From: the human T2T-CHM13v2.0 reference genome, Homo sapiens
Strand: one strand, 5' to 3'
DNA length: 64,000 nucleotides
NCBI RefSeq assembly: GCF_009914755.1
Contig: NC_060926.1
Shown: piece by piece, positions 27,433 through 41,829 of the stretch
Numbering within the stretch: position 1 is the first letter of the stretch
How the letters are laid out: each line of letters begins with the position of its first letter
The notes under the pieces: generated by a model
What the model was told of the DNA's origin: nothing
Databases searched by the model: none
Seen by the model: the letters and a program-made list of their open reading frames with translations, nothing else
Translations under genes and position numbers: made by a program

Positions 27433-28864
27433 AAATGTTATGTTGTTTCTTGGTGGGGCGTTCCATAGATAAATATCAAGTCCATTTGATACAGGGCTGA
27501 GTACAGATTCTGAATATATTTTGTTAATTTTCTGCCTCGATGATGTGTCTAGTATTGTCAGTGGGGTGTTAAAATCTCTCACTATTATTGTGTGGAAGTC
27601 TAAGTCTCTTTGAAGGTCTCTATGAATCTGAGTGCTTCTATGTTGGGTGCATATATATTTAGGATACTTAGATCTTCATGTTGAATTGAAACCTTTACCA
27701 TTGTGTAATGCCCTTCTTTGTCTTTTTTTATCTTTATTGGTTTTATGTCTGTTTTGTTAGAAACTAGGCTAGCAACTTCTGTTTTTTTTTTCTGTTTTTC
27801 CTGTCCTTGGAAAGACTGGAATTTTCCTCCATTTTTTATTTTGAACCTATGTGTGTCTTAGCATGTGAGATGGGTCTCTTGAAGACAGCATGGCAATGGA
27901 TCTTGGTTCTTTATCTAGTTTGTCATTCTGTGTCTTTTAATTGGGTCATTTAGCCCATTTACATTTAGTATTATTATTGTCATTTGTGGATTAGATCCTG
28001 TCATCATGATGTTAGCTGGTTATTTTGCAGACTTGTTTATGTGGTTGCTTCATAGTGTCACTTGTCTGTGTACTTCAGTGTGCTTTTGTAGTGGCTGGTA
28101 ATGGTCTTTCCTTTCATATTTAGTGATTTCTTCAGGAGCTCTTGTAAGGCAGTTCTGGTGGTAACAAATTTCTTCAGCATTTGCTTGCCTGAAAAGGATC
28201 TTATTTCTCCTTTGATTACGAAACTTAGTTTGGCCAGATATAAAATTCTGGGTTGGAGATTCTTTCTTTAAGAGCATTGAATTTTAGCGCCCGATTCCTT
28301 CTGGTTTATAGAGCTTCAGCTTAGAGGTCCGCTGTTAGTCTGATGTACTTCCCTTTGTAGATGACATGGCCTTTCTGTCTGGCTGCCTTTAACATTTTTT
28401 CTTTCATTTTGACCTTGGAGAACCATGTGGTTATGTGTCTTGGTGATGATCTTTTCATAGAGTATCTTACTGGGGTTCTCTGCATTGCCTGAATTTGAAT
28501 GCTGTCCCCTCTAGCTAGGTTGGGGGAAGGTTTCATGGATGATATTCTGAAATATGTTTTCTAAGTTGGTTCCATTCTCCCCATCTATTTCAGGTACACC
28601 AGTCATATATTCAATTTCATTACATAATCTCATATTTCTCAGAGGTTTTGTTCATTCATTTTCACTATTTTTTCTTTATTCTTGTGTGTCTGTCTTATTT
28701 CAGAAAGGAAGTCTTGAGCTCTGAGATTCATTCTTTTGCTTTGTCTATTCTGCTATTACTACTTGTGGTTGCACTGTGAAATTCTTGTAGTGTGTTTTTC
28801 AGCCCTATCCAGTCAATTACATTCTTCTCTATACTGGCTATTTTGTCTGTTGGCTTCTGCAATG

Positions 28865-29170
28865 TTTCTTTTTTTATTATTTGAATGAATATTTATTTAA
28901 AGTTTCCAAAATATTACCAAGACACTGTGCTAAGCTGAAGGTGGAATATGCAATATAAAAGCAGACATAGTCCCTGTCCTCAGGGAGCTTACCATCTCAT
29001 TGGGGAAACAATCAGTAGACAAATAAAGAAAAATAAAATTAGTGTCTTAATAGATAGCAAAGTCAATTCTTTAGGAAGAAATCATATTCTTCTTTAACTT
29101 TCTTTGTAATGAGATATTTATTTAGTTATTTATTTAAATTCCAATAGTTTTGAAGGAACAGGTGGTGTTT
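28865..29170 (-). mobile_element. Short L1PB-like 3' tail plus transduced L2-containing flank, between ~165-bp direct duplications
   Basis: T-rich tract at 28865-28882, L2 fragment, L1PB-type tail at 29116-29170; 28700-28865 is repeated at 29170-29342. Confidence 0.65.
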
Positions 29171-30499
29171 CAGAAAGGTAGTGTTTAAGTTCTGAGTTTC
29201 TTTCCTCCACTTTGTCTTTTCTGCTATTACTACTTGTGATTGCATTATGAAATTCTTGTAGTGTGTTTTTCAGCTCTATCAATCAGGTCAGTTACATTTT
29301 TCTCTATCCTGACTATTTTGTCTATCAGCTCCAGTAATATTTTATCATGATTTTTGTCTTCCTTGCATTGGGTTACAATGTACTGCTTTAACTCAGTAAC
29401 CTTCATTCCTCTCCACATTCTGAATTCTACTTCTGTCATTTCAGCCATCTCAGCCTCAGCATGTTGTAAACACATTCTTTAATCCATTATCCCATGTAAC
29501 TGTAATATTTGTTTATGGTTGTTAGTGTTTGTTCATGAGTTTTGCAATTTGCATTGCTTAAATTCTTTCTATGCAGTCAAAACTAGGTATCTCTTTCTGT
29601 ATTAAATTTGACTTAGGTATTAGGCTTAAAATCCATTTCCCATCCATTTAAAAATAAAACCATTCATGAATATATTCTCCTTGTACTTTAATGGTTTAAC
29701 ATTTAAATTAAATTTAATAACTTTTCATCAGATTATAAAAATTGATATGTAATCATTGTGAAAAATTCAAACAACACAGAAAATTGTAATAAAGAAAGTA
29801 AAAGGAGCCAAAAATAGTAGCATTAAAAATTTTTGATATGTTGAAAATGTCTTTTCAGATGTATCCTTAGTCATATATACACCATGTCTGAGGATGCAGG
29901 TGTGTGTGTTGTTCTAAATGCTCTATGCACACTGCTATTGACACTCCAAAATATGTCGTGGTGCCTTTTTATGTCAATTAATACAAATATTTTTCATTAC
30001 CACCAACGGTTACATGGTGCACCATTTTATGGACTTGTTACAATACATTTCATTAACCATCTGTTTCCAGTTTTTTATTATTTAGACAGTTATTTGATAA
30101 GATCATTTGTTTGCATATGTGTGTGCATGTATACCTCACCCAATTGTCAGGTTAATCCATTTTTATATATTTCTAGACTTTGAATTTTTGACCTAAAAAG
30201 ATTGCAATTTAAAATGGTTTTACGTATATTTCTAAAAGATTGCTATAAATATTGAGAAATGTTTACTTCTAACATCTGCTTAATCTTTACAAATTTGATA
30301 CTTAAAAACTTATACATCTCATTAAAAATATATCTGAATGTCAGAGAAGTTAGCACACATACACCCAAGTATAACATTTTATTAAATCCTCAATTTAATT
30401 TTCCAAGCATAAGAAGTTTTTACCTGAAGTGAAATGGCAACACAAGGTAAGAACAGATGTAGCATGTTTTGATGTATTTTTTCTTTTGGCGCCATGCAG

Positions 30500-30644
30500 T
30501 TGCAGTTATACTTTCTGGACAAATTTGCATCTTGCTTGATTTGTGAAGTTCCGCACTTTCTTTCCCGCTACTCTTTTATACTCAGAGCTAGTAATTTTAT
30601 TGTGAAAGGACAGAGCAAAGCAGTGTATCCTAGACCATTTCAGG
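30500..30644 (+). pseudogene. THADA-like pseudo-exon candidate
   Basis: Acceptor ttttttcttttggcgccatgcag; phase-1 reading (V)AVILSGQICILLDL* resembles THADA SGEALLLD; ends CAGG|gcatgt (non-canonical or decayed donor). Confidence 0.35.
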
Positions 30645-30929
30645 GCATGTGTGCATGGTTTTAAAACTAAAATTAGTATCAGAAAAGCTACATTCTCATT
30701 CAGGTGGTGGTAAGGGAGGGATTGAATAATTTGAATGTGTCAATAGAGGATCCTGATATCATTAAACAGTATCTGCCTCTATCTTTCCGGTATTTCTAGA
30801 TAAAAATAAACAAAGAGAGTATTCCATGAAAAAAAAACAACAAAGATATGAGAAAAATCATGAAACAGTAGAGAGAATATTGGTATCTACGAAAGTTGTC
30901 ATCCCAACAAATATGGTTGTACACAACCA

Positions 30930-31810
30930 AATGCTATGGCTCTATGAACTTCATTGCTGCAGTGGTATAAAATATAAGCCAAGAAGCTTTAAGAAATGAG
31001 GATTAGAAAAGCTTATGCTCTATTTTAAAAGATTTGACTTTATTCAACATGTAACGGGAAACCATTAGATAATTTTAACCCATGAAGTAATACATGCATG
31101 TTTGAATTTCAGAAAACTCCGATATTTTTGTGGAGACTGGATTAGAGAAGTACTCACATAAAGAAAAAGTAGAGAGTGAAGAGTCTGTTGAAATAACACT
31201 GGCAAAAATTAATGTTTGAATGAAGAAAATAAACTTTTAAGAGGCAAAATTGGTAGGACTTTGTAAAAGATGTTATAAATAAAGAAGGGAAAAAGTGTCA
31301 AAGATTACTGGTTCATATGCTGAATAGGAAACATCGGATTTAATGCAAGTTTTACTTTTATCAAGAATATATTATAAAATGGTAAGTTCAAGAGTATTGA
31401 AGATGTGTACAAACGGTGATTATTATCATTCAAAGTCAAATTTAAGATAGACAAGGAGGAAAGAAAACATATCAAATACATGATAGTCAAAAGATAAAAA
31501 TATTTATGGTCCTGGTGGGAGCAAAGGATGTTGGAATTGTAGTTCTAGAGGAACTGAGCCAGAAAGATAGGAAATGGCGATCAGAGGGTGGGTTACTTGC
31601 CATTGAGATTACCTAGCATTTGCAGTTATTGGTAGTTATTTTCAGATATGAGTGGGAGTGAGTGGCTGAAGTGGGATGGAAGGCATAATCATTGGAAGAG
31701 AGAAAGTTCAGGAACTGAGAACCCCTGGTGTTGAGATAATTTTCCATATGAATGTTAAAATCGCTGAGGATCAAGACAGGAATAGGGACTACAGAGCGCA
31801 GAGTTGCACA
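30930..31810 (-). mobile_element. L2 LINE including an endonuclease-domain remnant
   Basis: ORF 31613-31816 reads LILSDFNIHME...SQFLNFLSSND...HPTSATHSH, typical of the L2 APE domain. Confidence 0.8.
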
Positions 31811-32449
31811 GAACATAGTTCTGAATTAGCGAAAATTCTAATGGTATTAAAAACTTTAAGAGGTAATCATGGTATTGCTTCTTAGAGATTCCCAGTGTGA
31901 TCATACAACCTATATCATCACTTTTAAAAATATTCCCAGTCCATAGCCTATAATAAGGGCAAGTTTACACATGCACCATATAATGATATCAATCCCTCAT
32001 CACAAACGAATGGAATACAGATGGACACCTGACCATTATATTCTCATCAGACCACTCAAATACTCTTCACTAGAAACTTTAATTGGGGTCCAGTGACTGG
32101 GTCAGTCATTAGTAGGAAATTTAGTTCAAGAGTCATGTAGAGTCATGGGCTGAGGCTCCAATTCTGGGGTATCTCTGATTAGTCATGTGTGTTTGCTGAG
32201 AGTTAAGGAGAAAAGGCTTTTCTGAGAGAGAAGCAGGAGAATGGAGCAGCAAACAGACATAAACACACACATACACACACACAGAAAAATTGTCTTGATT
32301 CTAAATTCTCATGAGGTCATGTTACATTTCCTATCACTAAATTCTGTAAATTCTCATGTATCCTTACCATACTTCTAATATTTAGCTATGCTATTTTGAT
32401 GGGATTCCTCCTCCATGCAATCAGATTTGCTTTATGAGAGCAGCTATAA

Positions 32450-33700
32450 TTTACTCATTCATTCAATAAGCATTAAATGAGCACTTACTAAGGGCCTGGA
32501 CTGTTGGAAGCACTATGGAAGATAAAAACATGAGCAAAATATGGTTTCTGTCAGTCAGAAAATTAATAGTGGAGAAAACAAATATAAAATATAATTAAAA
32601 CACAATGTAATGAGTGCTAAACTAGAGATGAGCGGTAAATATTATGATCTCATTAGGCAAAAATACAATATGTTAGCTAATCTGAAAGATCTGGTAGAGT
32701 CAGAAAAAGCCGGTAGAGTCAGGTCAAATGAGACAAAATTTAAAAGTGTCTTGAGCAATAAGCACATATTTGCAAAGTGAAGATGTTTGAATGTCTAGAT
32801 GGAGAAGTGAAGGTAACTTAGAACAAGAGCTTTGAATAATTCCAAGATTCAAGGGTGTGTTAGTCTGTTTTGCCTTGGCCATAAAGACTATTACTGGAGA
32901 CTGGGCAATTTATAAAGAGAAAAGTTTTTTTTGGCTCAAGATTCTGCAGGCTGTAGGAGCGTGACACCAGCATCTACTTCTGGTGAAGCCTCAGGAAACT
33001 TATAACCGTGAAGAAAGGCAAAGGGAGAGTAGGCATGTCACATGATGAAAAAAGAGCAAGAGAGAGATGGGGGAGGTCTCAGACTCTTTTTAACAAGTAT
33101 ATCTCACATTCACTCATTACTTCAGGAGGGCGCCAAGCCATTTGCCAGGGATCTTCCCCCATGGCATGACCCAAATTCCTCCCATTAGTCCCCACCTCAG
33201 ACATTTCAAGATGGGATTTGGAGGGGACAAACGTCCAAACTATATTAGAGGGTTAGGTAGATTGGATAAGTTAGCAAAGGAAATGTGAAAGAAAAGGCAA
33301 AGGGAAGAAACTAGGGGACTGTGATGTCATACAAACTCAGGGCAAAGAGTATTTCAAGGAGGTAGATGTCAATTACATTGGACATTACTGTGACATTAAG
33401 AAATACAATTTTTGAAGGTTTACATTACATTGGTGATACTGGTTTCCTTAGCTGGAGGAAGTAAACTTAGTTGGAGAAGTTTCAGTACAGCAGTGAGAGC
33501 AAAATCTGGTTGAAACACCTTAGTAGTATGTGGGAAGTAAGGGATTGGAGAGAGTTAATATGGACAATTAATTTTTTAAAATGGCTTTGAAGGTCAACAG
33601 AGCAGTAGCCGAAGAGAGAAGTAAAATCACAGGATAATTTTTTTAAAGATGTAAATATTTGAGTGCATTAAAATGGAGCTAAAGATTCTATCATATGTCA
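32450..33700 (-). mobile_element. L2 fragments interrupted by an MST LTR
   Basis: tcattcattcaataagcattaaatgagcacttact and downstream L2 motifs. Confidence 0.6.
32856..33247 (-). mobile_element. MaLR solo LTR (MSTB-like)
   Basis: tgtgttagtctgttttgc...ggaggggacaaacgtccaaactatatta; TSD aaggg/gaggg. Confidence 0.9.
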
Positions 33701-34551
33701 GTGGGTAGAGAAAGAATAATTAAATGATCTTGTGACAATTAGTAAAAGGTTATAGAAATAGTAATGAAATGATGTTGTGACAATTAGCAAAAGGTTATGC
33801 ACAGAGATGTTAAGCTTGGCTTTATTTACAACAGCCCAGAAAGAAATGAGCCTTAATGTCACAAAATGTCCCAAAATAAATGACGAAAATCTTGAAGATT
33901 TTTCATAGGATTTGGGTAGGTTATTATAAAGAATTTAAAAATAATATTTCACAGTAACATTAATGAGAAAAATTATAGTGGCCAAAAATTAATCAAGTGA
34001 AAAATAAAAAGTACAGTGTAATATATAAAGCATATTAACTATGATTCTTATTTTGCCATTCACATACGCACAAACACTGGACAAAGACTGGAATAAAAGA
34101 AAAGAAATTGTTAAGCAGCTATCTGGGTAGTAAGATTACTGGTGATTTTACTTTAAAAAAACTCAACTTTTAACTTTCAATAATAAGCATGTATTATTTT
34201 TATAATCAGAAAGAAACAAGTATTGTTCTATACTAGATGAGTTAAGCATGTTACATATTTCTCTAGTAGACAAAAATCCTATGCTTCTAAGAATGAGACT
34301 TATTTTCCCATCAATTTATTATATCATTATCATCACCACCATCTCTCTTCTTAAAATTTATCTCCTACCTCACCCAGACTGCATAATCCAAATATTTAAA
34401 AACTCTGAACATGAACTACTAGGCTTTTCAAAATGTATGTGTAGTGTGTGCGTGCACGTTCACATTTAAATGATGGCAAAAATGTGTTTCAGGGTCTTTT
34501 TTTAACTCAAACAATTTCACACCTACTTTAATTTTTCAATCCTGCATTCAG

Positions 34552-34725
34552 AAGCTAATATATTTAGAATAAATTCTAATGAAGCCATGGAAACTATTTA
34601 ATGTTATGTCAATTATTGGTGATTGTGTGGGCAACAATGCAGCCTGTGTGGCTGATTGGAAATTATTTCTCTTTTATAAAAAAGAAATCTTGAAGGGTTC
34701 CAACTTGCTACGATTAACGATACAA
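34552..34725 (+). pseudogene. THADA-like pseudo-exon candidate
   Basis: Donor CAA|gtaagc; 3' part reads ACVADWKLFLFYKKEILKGSNLLRLTIQ and is phase-compatible with 48216 (FIWKLVNTHL); compare THADA SLNGNSSIVGRLLEYVYTHWEHPL; 5' boundary uncertain. Confidence 0.4.
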
Positions 34726-36139
34726 GTAAGCTTAATTTATAACTCCAATAAGAGCAAAGAAAGATATTTTTTCAATGTGGACTGGAAAAACTGTGAAAAT
34801 CATGATACCAAGATGTTACCTTCCCATTGTATTCTTAAAGATTTCAGTTTCTTATTTTTGAAATAATTTGAGGTGAAAATACCCAGTATTAACATTGAAA
34901 GTAGTAAGCTTTTCTGAAGTGTCTTATTGTTTGCAAGTCTTTAACTGAACTTAGAGCCTCAATGTGAACACTATCAGGGTCACGTGTTGTCCCTAGCACC
35001 ATCTGGTCACACAGAGAAGTCCTTTAGAACTACTGTAGCCTTGGGATTGGAAACACATGCTGTGTTCTACCTGAAAGTGTTAGCTTTCATTGTGAATTAC
35101 CCATACATATCTCTGAAATCCAAGATGGTTATTTATGGTGGGTGACTCTGAAATGAACCAGATCAGCAATCTAATATGACAGCGTATCTCCCAATGAAGA
35201 TGATGACAGCCCAGGATTTTCTGGATTTATTTAGTATAGAAATGAGACAGAGAGAGAGAGAAAGAGAGAGAACTCAGGATGGTCTTTCACAAAATAGATT
35301 AAGAACAAACTATTTACTTGATTGTGCTGTTTGAGTCAATCATTGAATAGAAAGATCAGAAAATTTAAATTTAAAAATCAGCACATTCATAACACATAAA
35401 CCAAATGAGTTAGGGAAACTGAAAAGCCCACCTACTTAACTTCTCCCTAATATTCTTTAAGAGCATGAACATTTTCGCATTTCAAAGAAAAACAAAGAAA
35501 CGAAACTAGCAAAAGACAATATAAAATTAGTACTTGAAACCATTACAACAGAATAACAAGTCTAATAAAGATGGCACAACAAGTGTCCAGTTTAACTAAC
35601 CACTTGTGTCCCAAGCATATGGAAATGACTGATAAACTATCAGAAGGAAAGACAAACAAAAACATAGCAAATTCAAAAGCAATATAATTTCTCTCTGAAC
35701 CAAAAGGACAACAGAGAAACACAGTGTTAAAGTGGGCTGAAGGTGCAGCTGCGCTAGGCTGTTTGTAAGCGGACAAATGGAACAAGGACTTGTGCTCCTG
35801 TGTAGTATTAGGAACTTAGCATCCTCTATAAAGACAGGTTACCAAAGCAAAGTTCATTGCTAGAAATCAGACCCTGAATTATCACTTCCCATCTTCTTTA
35901 GCTGGGAAAATGTTTGGGACCATGAAATTTTAAAGAACTCAGGAACTAGGAAATTGAAAATATAAAGATAGGATCTATGACCAGAAATCTTTGTTATCCA
36001 TTTGATGGCCCTGTGATTTTCTCTTGTTTATGATTAATAAATGGCATCATAAGAAAAACTAGAGTCTGCATGGCACTTAAGGGGTTTGGTGGATAAAATT
36101 ATACAAACAAGCAACGGGAGTTTATTCAAGATAAATTTT

Positions 36140-36144
<5 letters not shown>

Positions 36145-36172
<28 letters not shown>

Positions 36173-36190
36173 ACAGAAAGAGAGAGAGGA
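36145..36190. repeat. (TG)n followed by GA-rich simple repeat
   Basis: Seen directly. Confidence 0.95.
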
Positions 36191-36449
36191 AGAAAATGAG
36201 AAAGAAAAAATTCTCCCTTTAAAGATAAGCCTGTACATGAGAATTCTAAAACATAATGAGAAATTTCATGCTAAGAACTTAGGCAAACAAAATAATCAGT
36301 ATTACGAATATATATTTATTACAAATTAAATCAATTTAAAGAAACAATATGTAAAGACTATGAAACTGATACGTTTAAACAAAGGAAAATTACAAATCAA
36401 TATCCACAATGTCATTTTCTGCCATTTATCTACAACGACCAATAATACT

Positions 36450-37430
36450 ATTTTGAAGAACAAAGTATGGGGACTTGTCCTATTATATATCAACATTTAT
36501 CCAAAAATGGCAATTAAGACAGAGTGGTCTTGTTGAAATGATTACAAACGGACAAGTAGAACAGACATCCTAGAAACTGGTATATTTATGTGTGAAAACT
36601 GAAAATATGAAATAGATGGCAATTCAAATATGAGGGGGAAAGTATAAATGATACCGGAAAATTGGTTATTCGTGTAAAAAAATAAAATTAGATTGTGCAT
36701 CACAGCAGATCAAAACTAAATCCAGGTGGATAAAAGAACTGGATGTGAAAATCAAAATTGCAACACTTTTAGAATACTATATAGAAAACTGGCTCAATGA
36801 CTACAAGATGGGAAAGTATGCATTACAAATGATGAAACAATGACAGTATGAAGAAAATAATTCTATCACTGGCTTAGGTTGTAATAAAAAATATTTGGTA
36901 ACATTACCATAAACGAAGTGGAATGAAAAGTGGAATCTTGGGGAAATTTTATTTGAAAAAATGAATAGCTTAAAAAAGATTAATATATAGAATTGGTAAA
37001 TAGCTACGAATAAAAATAATGGTTAGTTTATGGATAGTATACCCATAAAATGGGAAACTCTGCAGCTGTTAAATAATAAAGCAGATCTATATTTTTTGAT
37101 AAGGAAATATATCTATGAAATGTTATTAATGAAATCAAGCAAGATTTAGAACAGTGTGTATAGTATGCTACCTTTGAATATGTGTATTTGAAAAGCACAT
37201 ACATTTTCTGTACTCAGTAGGTTACAAGATGCAACAGGAACGAAACTATTCTTAGGAAAGGAATTTGGCTAAAAAATAAAAGGTAAGACAATACCAGGGG
37301 CTAGAAATGGGGTACTTCATACACTGCCAATGTAAACTTAAATTGACATAAACAGGGAGCAATTTCATAGTTTCTAATTAAGTTGAATATGTGCATGTTG
37401 TTTGATCCATTAGTTTCACTCTAAGGCATA
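36450..37430 (+). mobile_element. Ancient L1M (L1ME-type) ORF2/3' remnants
   Basis: gaagaacaaagt...aattaagacagagtggtcttg...aaatccaggtggataaaaga motifs. Confidence 0.6.
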
Positions 37431-37439
37431 CACCTGGAA

Positions 37440-40400
37440 CAGTGGTTCTCAGAGTGAGCTGGGGACCCTTGGGGAGGTCCTTGAGATGCTTGTAGATGGT
37501 CAGGAAAGGACAAGTTAGATTTATATTATTACTAAGATATTATTTGCCTTTTTCACCATATTGACTTGTGTACTAATGGAGTAAAATCAATGACTAAAAC
37601 TGATAGCACATTAACATGAATCAAGATGGAGTAACAAAACATACTAGTAAACATCTTATTTTTCATGATCACATATTCACAGTGGAAAATAAAAGACAAG
37701 AAGAAAAAAGCAAGTTTTATTTAACAATATCTTTAACGAAACAAAAAAATTAGTAACTGCACTAAATCTTAAACCTTGAGAATGTATCTTTAAAAAATAT
37801 TATTGGTGACAAAATGGGAGGTACACACAAAGTACTTCTACTTTATACCAAAGTAGATAATGTCTTAAGGAAATGCACTTCTGTGATTGAGTTCCAAATT
37901 GAACTAGCTGCTTTTATTCATGGACTGCCATTTTAATTGAAAAGATAAATGACAAACCATTGTTTTCTACTTACTAGTTTTTCCTTCTATTTTTAGTTGA
38001 CATATAATACTTGGATATATTTTTGGGATACTGAGTGGCACTTTGATACATGTATACAATGTGTAATGATCAAATCAGGGTAATTAACATTTTCATCACT
38101 TCAAACATTTGTAATTTCTTTGTGGTGGGACATTTAAAATCCTCTTTTCTAGCTTTTTGAAAATACACAATAAATTACTGTTAACCATATTGACACTACA
38201 GTGCTATAGAGCACTAGAAATTATTCCTCCTATCTAGCTGCAATTTTGTATCCCTTAACCAACCTCTCTTTTATTCCTCCTCCTCATTACCCTCCCAGTC
38301 CCTAATAACTACTATTTTATTATCTATTTTTATGAGCTCAGAGCTGTTTTTCAACTCCGACATGTGAGTGAAAACATGTGCTATTTGTCTTTCTGTGTCT
38401 GTCTCATTTCATTTAGCACAATGTCCTCCAGGCTTAACCCATGTGGTTGCAAATAACAGGATTTCATTCATTTTTATGCCCAAATAGTATTTCATTATGT
38501 ATACATACTGGATTTTCTTTATGCATTAACCTGCTGATGGATATTTCATATCTTGGCTATTGTAAATAGTGCTTCAATACACATGGGGGTGTGGGTATCC
38601 CTTTGATATATGGATTTTTTAAAAATGTATACCCAATAGTGGAATTGCTGGATCATGTGGTAGTTTTATTTTTAGTTTTTTGAGAAACGTCCATACTGTT
38701 TTCAATAATGACTTAATAATTTACATTCCCACCAACAGTATACGAGGGTTATCTTTTTTCCACATATTCACCAGCCTTTGTGGTTTTTTTGTCTTTTTGA
38801 TGATAGTAATTTTAACTGGGACGAGATGATATCTCATTGTGGTATTAATTTACGTTCACTAATGATTAGTGCTGCTGTACATTTTTTCATATACCTTTGG
38901 CCACTTGTATTTTTTTGAAAAATATCTATTCAGACTCTTTGCCTATTTTGTAATGAGAATTTTGTTTTATTTTGTTCCATAATGTTGTGTTTTGTTTTTT
39001 GTTTGTTTGTTTGTTTTGCTTTTGAGTTGAGTTCCTTGTATACTCTGGATATCAGTTCCTTGCTGGATATATAGTTTGTAAATATAGTCCCTCATTCTTC
39101 AGATTGTCTCTTTACTCTGTTGATTGTTTCTTTTGCTGTGCAGAAGCTTTTTAGCTTAATGTAGCCTCATTTGTCTATTTTTGTTTGTGTTGCCCAAGCT
39201 TTTGAAGTCTTTCCTATAGCATCTTTGCCTACAATAATGTCGTGGAGCTTTCCCTCTATGTTTTCTTCTAGTAGTTTTACAGTTTCAGGTCTTACATTAA
39301 AGTATTTTATGTATTTTGAGTTGATTTGTGTTCATTCTTCTGCATATGAGTATCCAGTTTTCCCATCATCGTTGGTTGAGTAAGTTGTTCTTTTTCTAAT
39401 ATATAATCTTGAAGCCTCCTCCAAAAGTTAGTTGGCTTCAAATACATGGATTTATTTCTGGGTTCTCTGTTTTATTCAATTGGTCTATGTTTTCTGTTTC
39501 AATACGAATTTCATGGTGTTTTGTCTACTATAGCTTTGTCAAACTATTGTTATTTAGACAAGCTTTTGGCAGACATTTTCTGAGAAATGAAGGGAGTGTA
39601 CCACTTCAAGGAAAACAAATGAGAGTGTTTGTTGCCAATGATCTTACTTGAAAATTCAAGCAAAAATGGGAATTTTTCAAAAATTTTTATCTACCATGCA
39701 ATCTTGACCGTTTCCTAATACTTAAAGACTTTTCTGATGAGTTTGGCAATGAAATCCATAAATATAACTTTTTATATTGTATAAATGAAAAGATCTGCGT
39801 TTGGAAGGTCTACATACTTTAGGGAACCACCGTTTTCTAAATCACCAATTCAAGATGTTACAAATTAGTCATCAGTAAAAATCCAAAGCACAAGAAAAAC
39901 AAATGGAGTTTAACGTAAATAAGTATACAACTTTTCATTGATTTGGTTTCAGATTCTACATTGCAAATAACCTTTAAGAAACTACCACCTATTGAGTTTT
40001 GGTGTAATATCAAAGAATATCCATAATTACCCAAAAAGGTTATTAAGACACTGCTGTCTTTTCTTACCTCATTTCTGCCTGGGGCTGGATTTTACTGATA
40101 TACTGCAAAGAAGATGTTTCACTCCAGATTGGATTAGGAAAATTCAGATGGCATTTTTTTTTTTTTTTTTGGTCAGAAATCAAAGATATTTTCCAAAATA
40201 TAAAATGATGTCACATTTCTCACTACATGTCTTATTTTATAATTATAATTATTTTTCCTAAGTGTCATTTATTTTAATATGTAATTGGTTTATTATTATA
40301 TTTAAATTAGTTAAAACATAAATATATTAACACTTTTTAGTTTTAATTCTTAAAACTAAATACTGATACATATAACCCACATAAACAAAAGAAAGGCTCT

Positions 40401-40466
40401 TTGAGGTCCACAATAATTTTTAAGAGTGTAAACTGGTCCTGAGACCAAAACATTTTAGAACTGCTG
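37440..40466. mobile_element. Charlie1-type hAT DNA transposon split by L1MA (37440-37965 + 39540-40466)
   Basis: Termini cagtggttctc...tttagaactgctg; the two halves total ~1.45 kb and are continuous across the L1. Confidence 0.8.
37965..39540 (-). mobile_element. L1MA (about L1MA4-5) 3' fragment
   Basis: gtatacaatgtgtaatgatcaaatcagggtaatt 3' UTR motif; TSD-like caaaccattgtt/caaactattgtt. Confidence 0.9.
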
Positions 40467-41138
40467 CTCTAGAGAAAATATTTTCAATTGTTGTAAAATA
40501 TACGTAACACAAAATTTACCATCTTATTTCAAGTTTATAGTTCGGTAGTGTTCAGTATATTCACATTGTTGTATAACCTACATAAATTCATAAACAGGAA
40601 CACAAAAAAATGAAAAAGATATTCAATGAAGCATCATTTATAACATCGTTTATAATTGTATTTAGATTGTTTATGTGGGAAGCAATGTATCTATCAAGAG
40701 AAAAAAGTTAATTTTATATTAATATCTATAAATTCTATTGTGTGTTTATACAATGCAATTATATTTTTCCATTGAAATGAACAAATTAAATCTACATATA
40801 TCAACATCGAGAAATTTCAAAATTATAATGCCATGCAAGAAAGCAAGCTACTGAATAAAGTGTATAGGTGAATATAATTTATCAAAATATGTAATGTATG
40901 TAAAGCTTGAAAATATGCAAACAGTGTTGAATATTGATTATTGACACATACACAGGAAGTAGTAATATATAGATGTGTGTAGGAATGATTTATACTTATT
41001 CAGAAAAATGATTACTTCTGGAAGGGCATGGAGGGAGATGAATTCAGGCAGGGCCACACTGGGGCTTTAACTGTATCTATAATATCTTTTCCAAAAAAGA
41101 AAAGTAGAAAATAACTGAATATAATTAACCAATGTTAA

Positions 41139-41423
<285 letters not shown>

Positions 41424-41829
41424 CTAGAATTTTCCAAAGATGGAAAGCTGGGTAGTAGTAAAAATATGTTCTCCATGTATCCAAAATACTATTCTATATA
41501 TCCCCAGTGAGAGAGATTGACAGCAAATAAAAGTATCCTCCTTTCCTTCATTCAGTTGACAAATATTCCTTGAGCACAGGGGATACAATTGTGAGCTAAA
41601 ATGCATTTCCTGATCTCAAGGGGCTGACATTCCAACAGAACAACCTATATAGACCCAGGCATTGTTCTTATGTTAATGTATTTAAAGATGATCTTTATTT
41701 TGAGAGGAATGGGAAGTAGTTTTAAATGGTTTTGAATTTCATCAGACTCTTTTGATCACTGGGCTGAATTGTCGCCCTGGGACTGAGTCCCTACCTTTTC
41801 CTTATCACACAATTAAATAAAAAGGTAGA

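Larger units (their letters stand above)
23560..29470 (-). mobile_element. Long decayed L1PA (older primate subfamily, about L1PA12-14), from 3' UTR to ORF1
   Basis: Minus-strand ORF fragments: RT ([31 protein letters not shown]), EN (DFNTPLTILD, SDHSTIKLEI) and ORF1 (SPRHITTWFSKVKMKEKMLKAARQKG). Confidence 0.95.

Noticed and set aside
23683-29475. Many minus-strand ORFs with RT, endonuclease and ORF1 motifs
   Set aside because: Broken fragments of one decayed L1, not a host gene or an active element.
33730-33798. 24-bp direct repeat ttgtgacaattag(t/c)aaaaggttat, and similar small duplications at 32691-32721 and 50145-50183
   Set aside because: Only two copies each; ordinary slippage duplications, not CRISPR-like arrays in this eukaryotic context.
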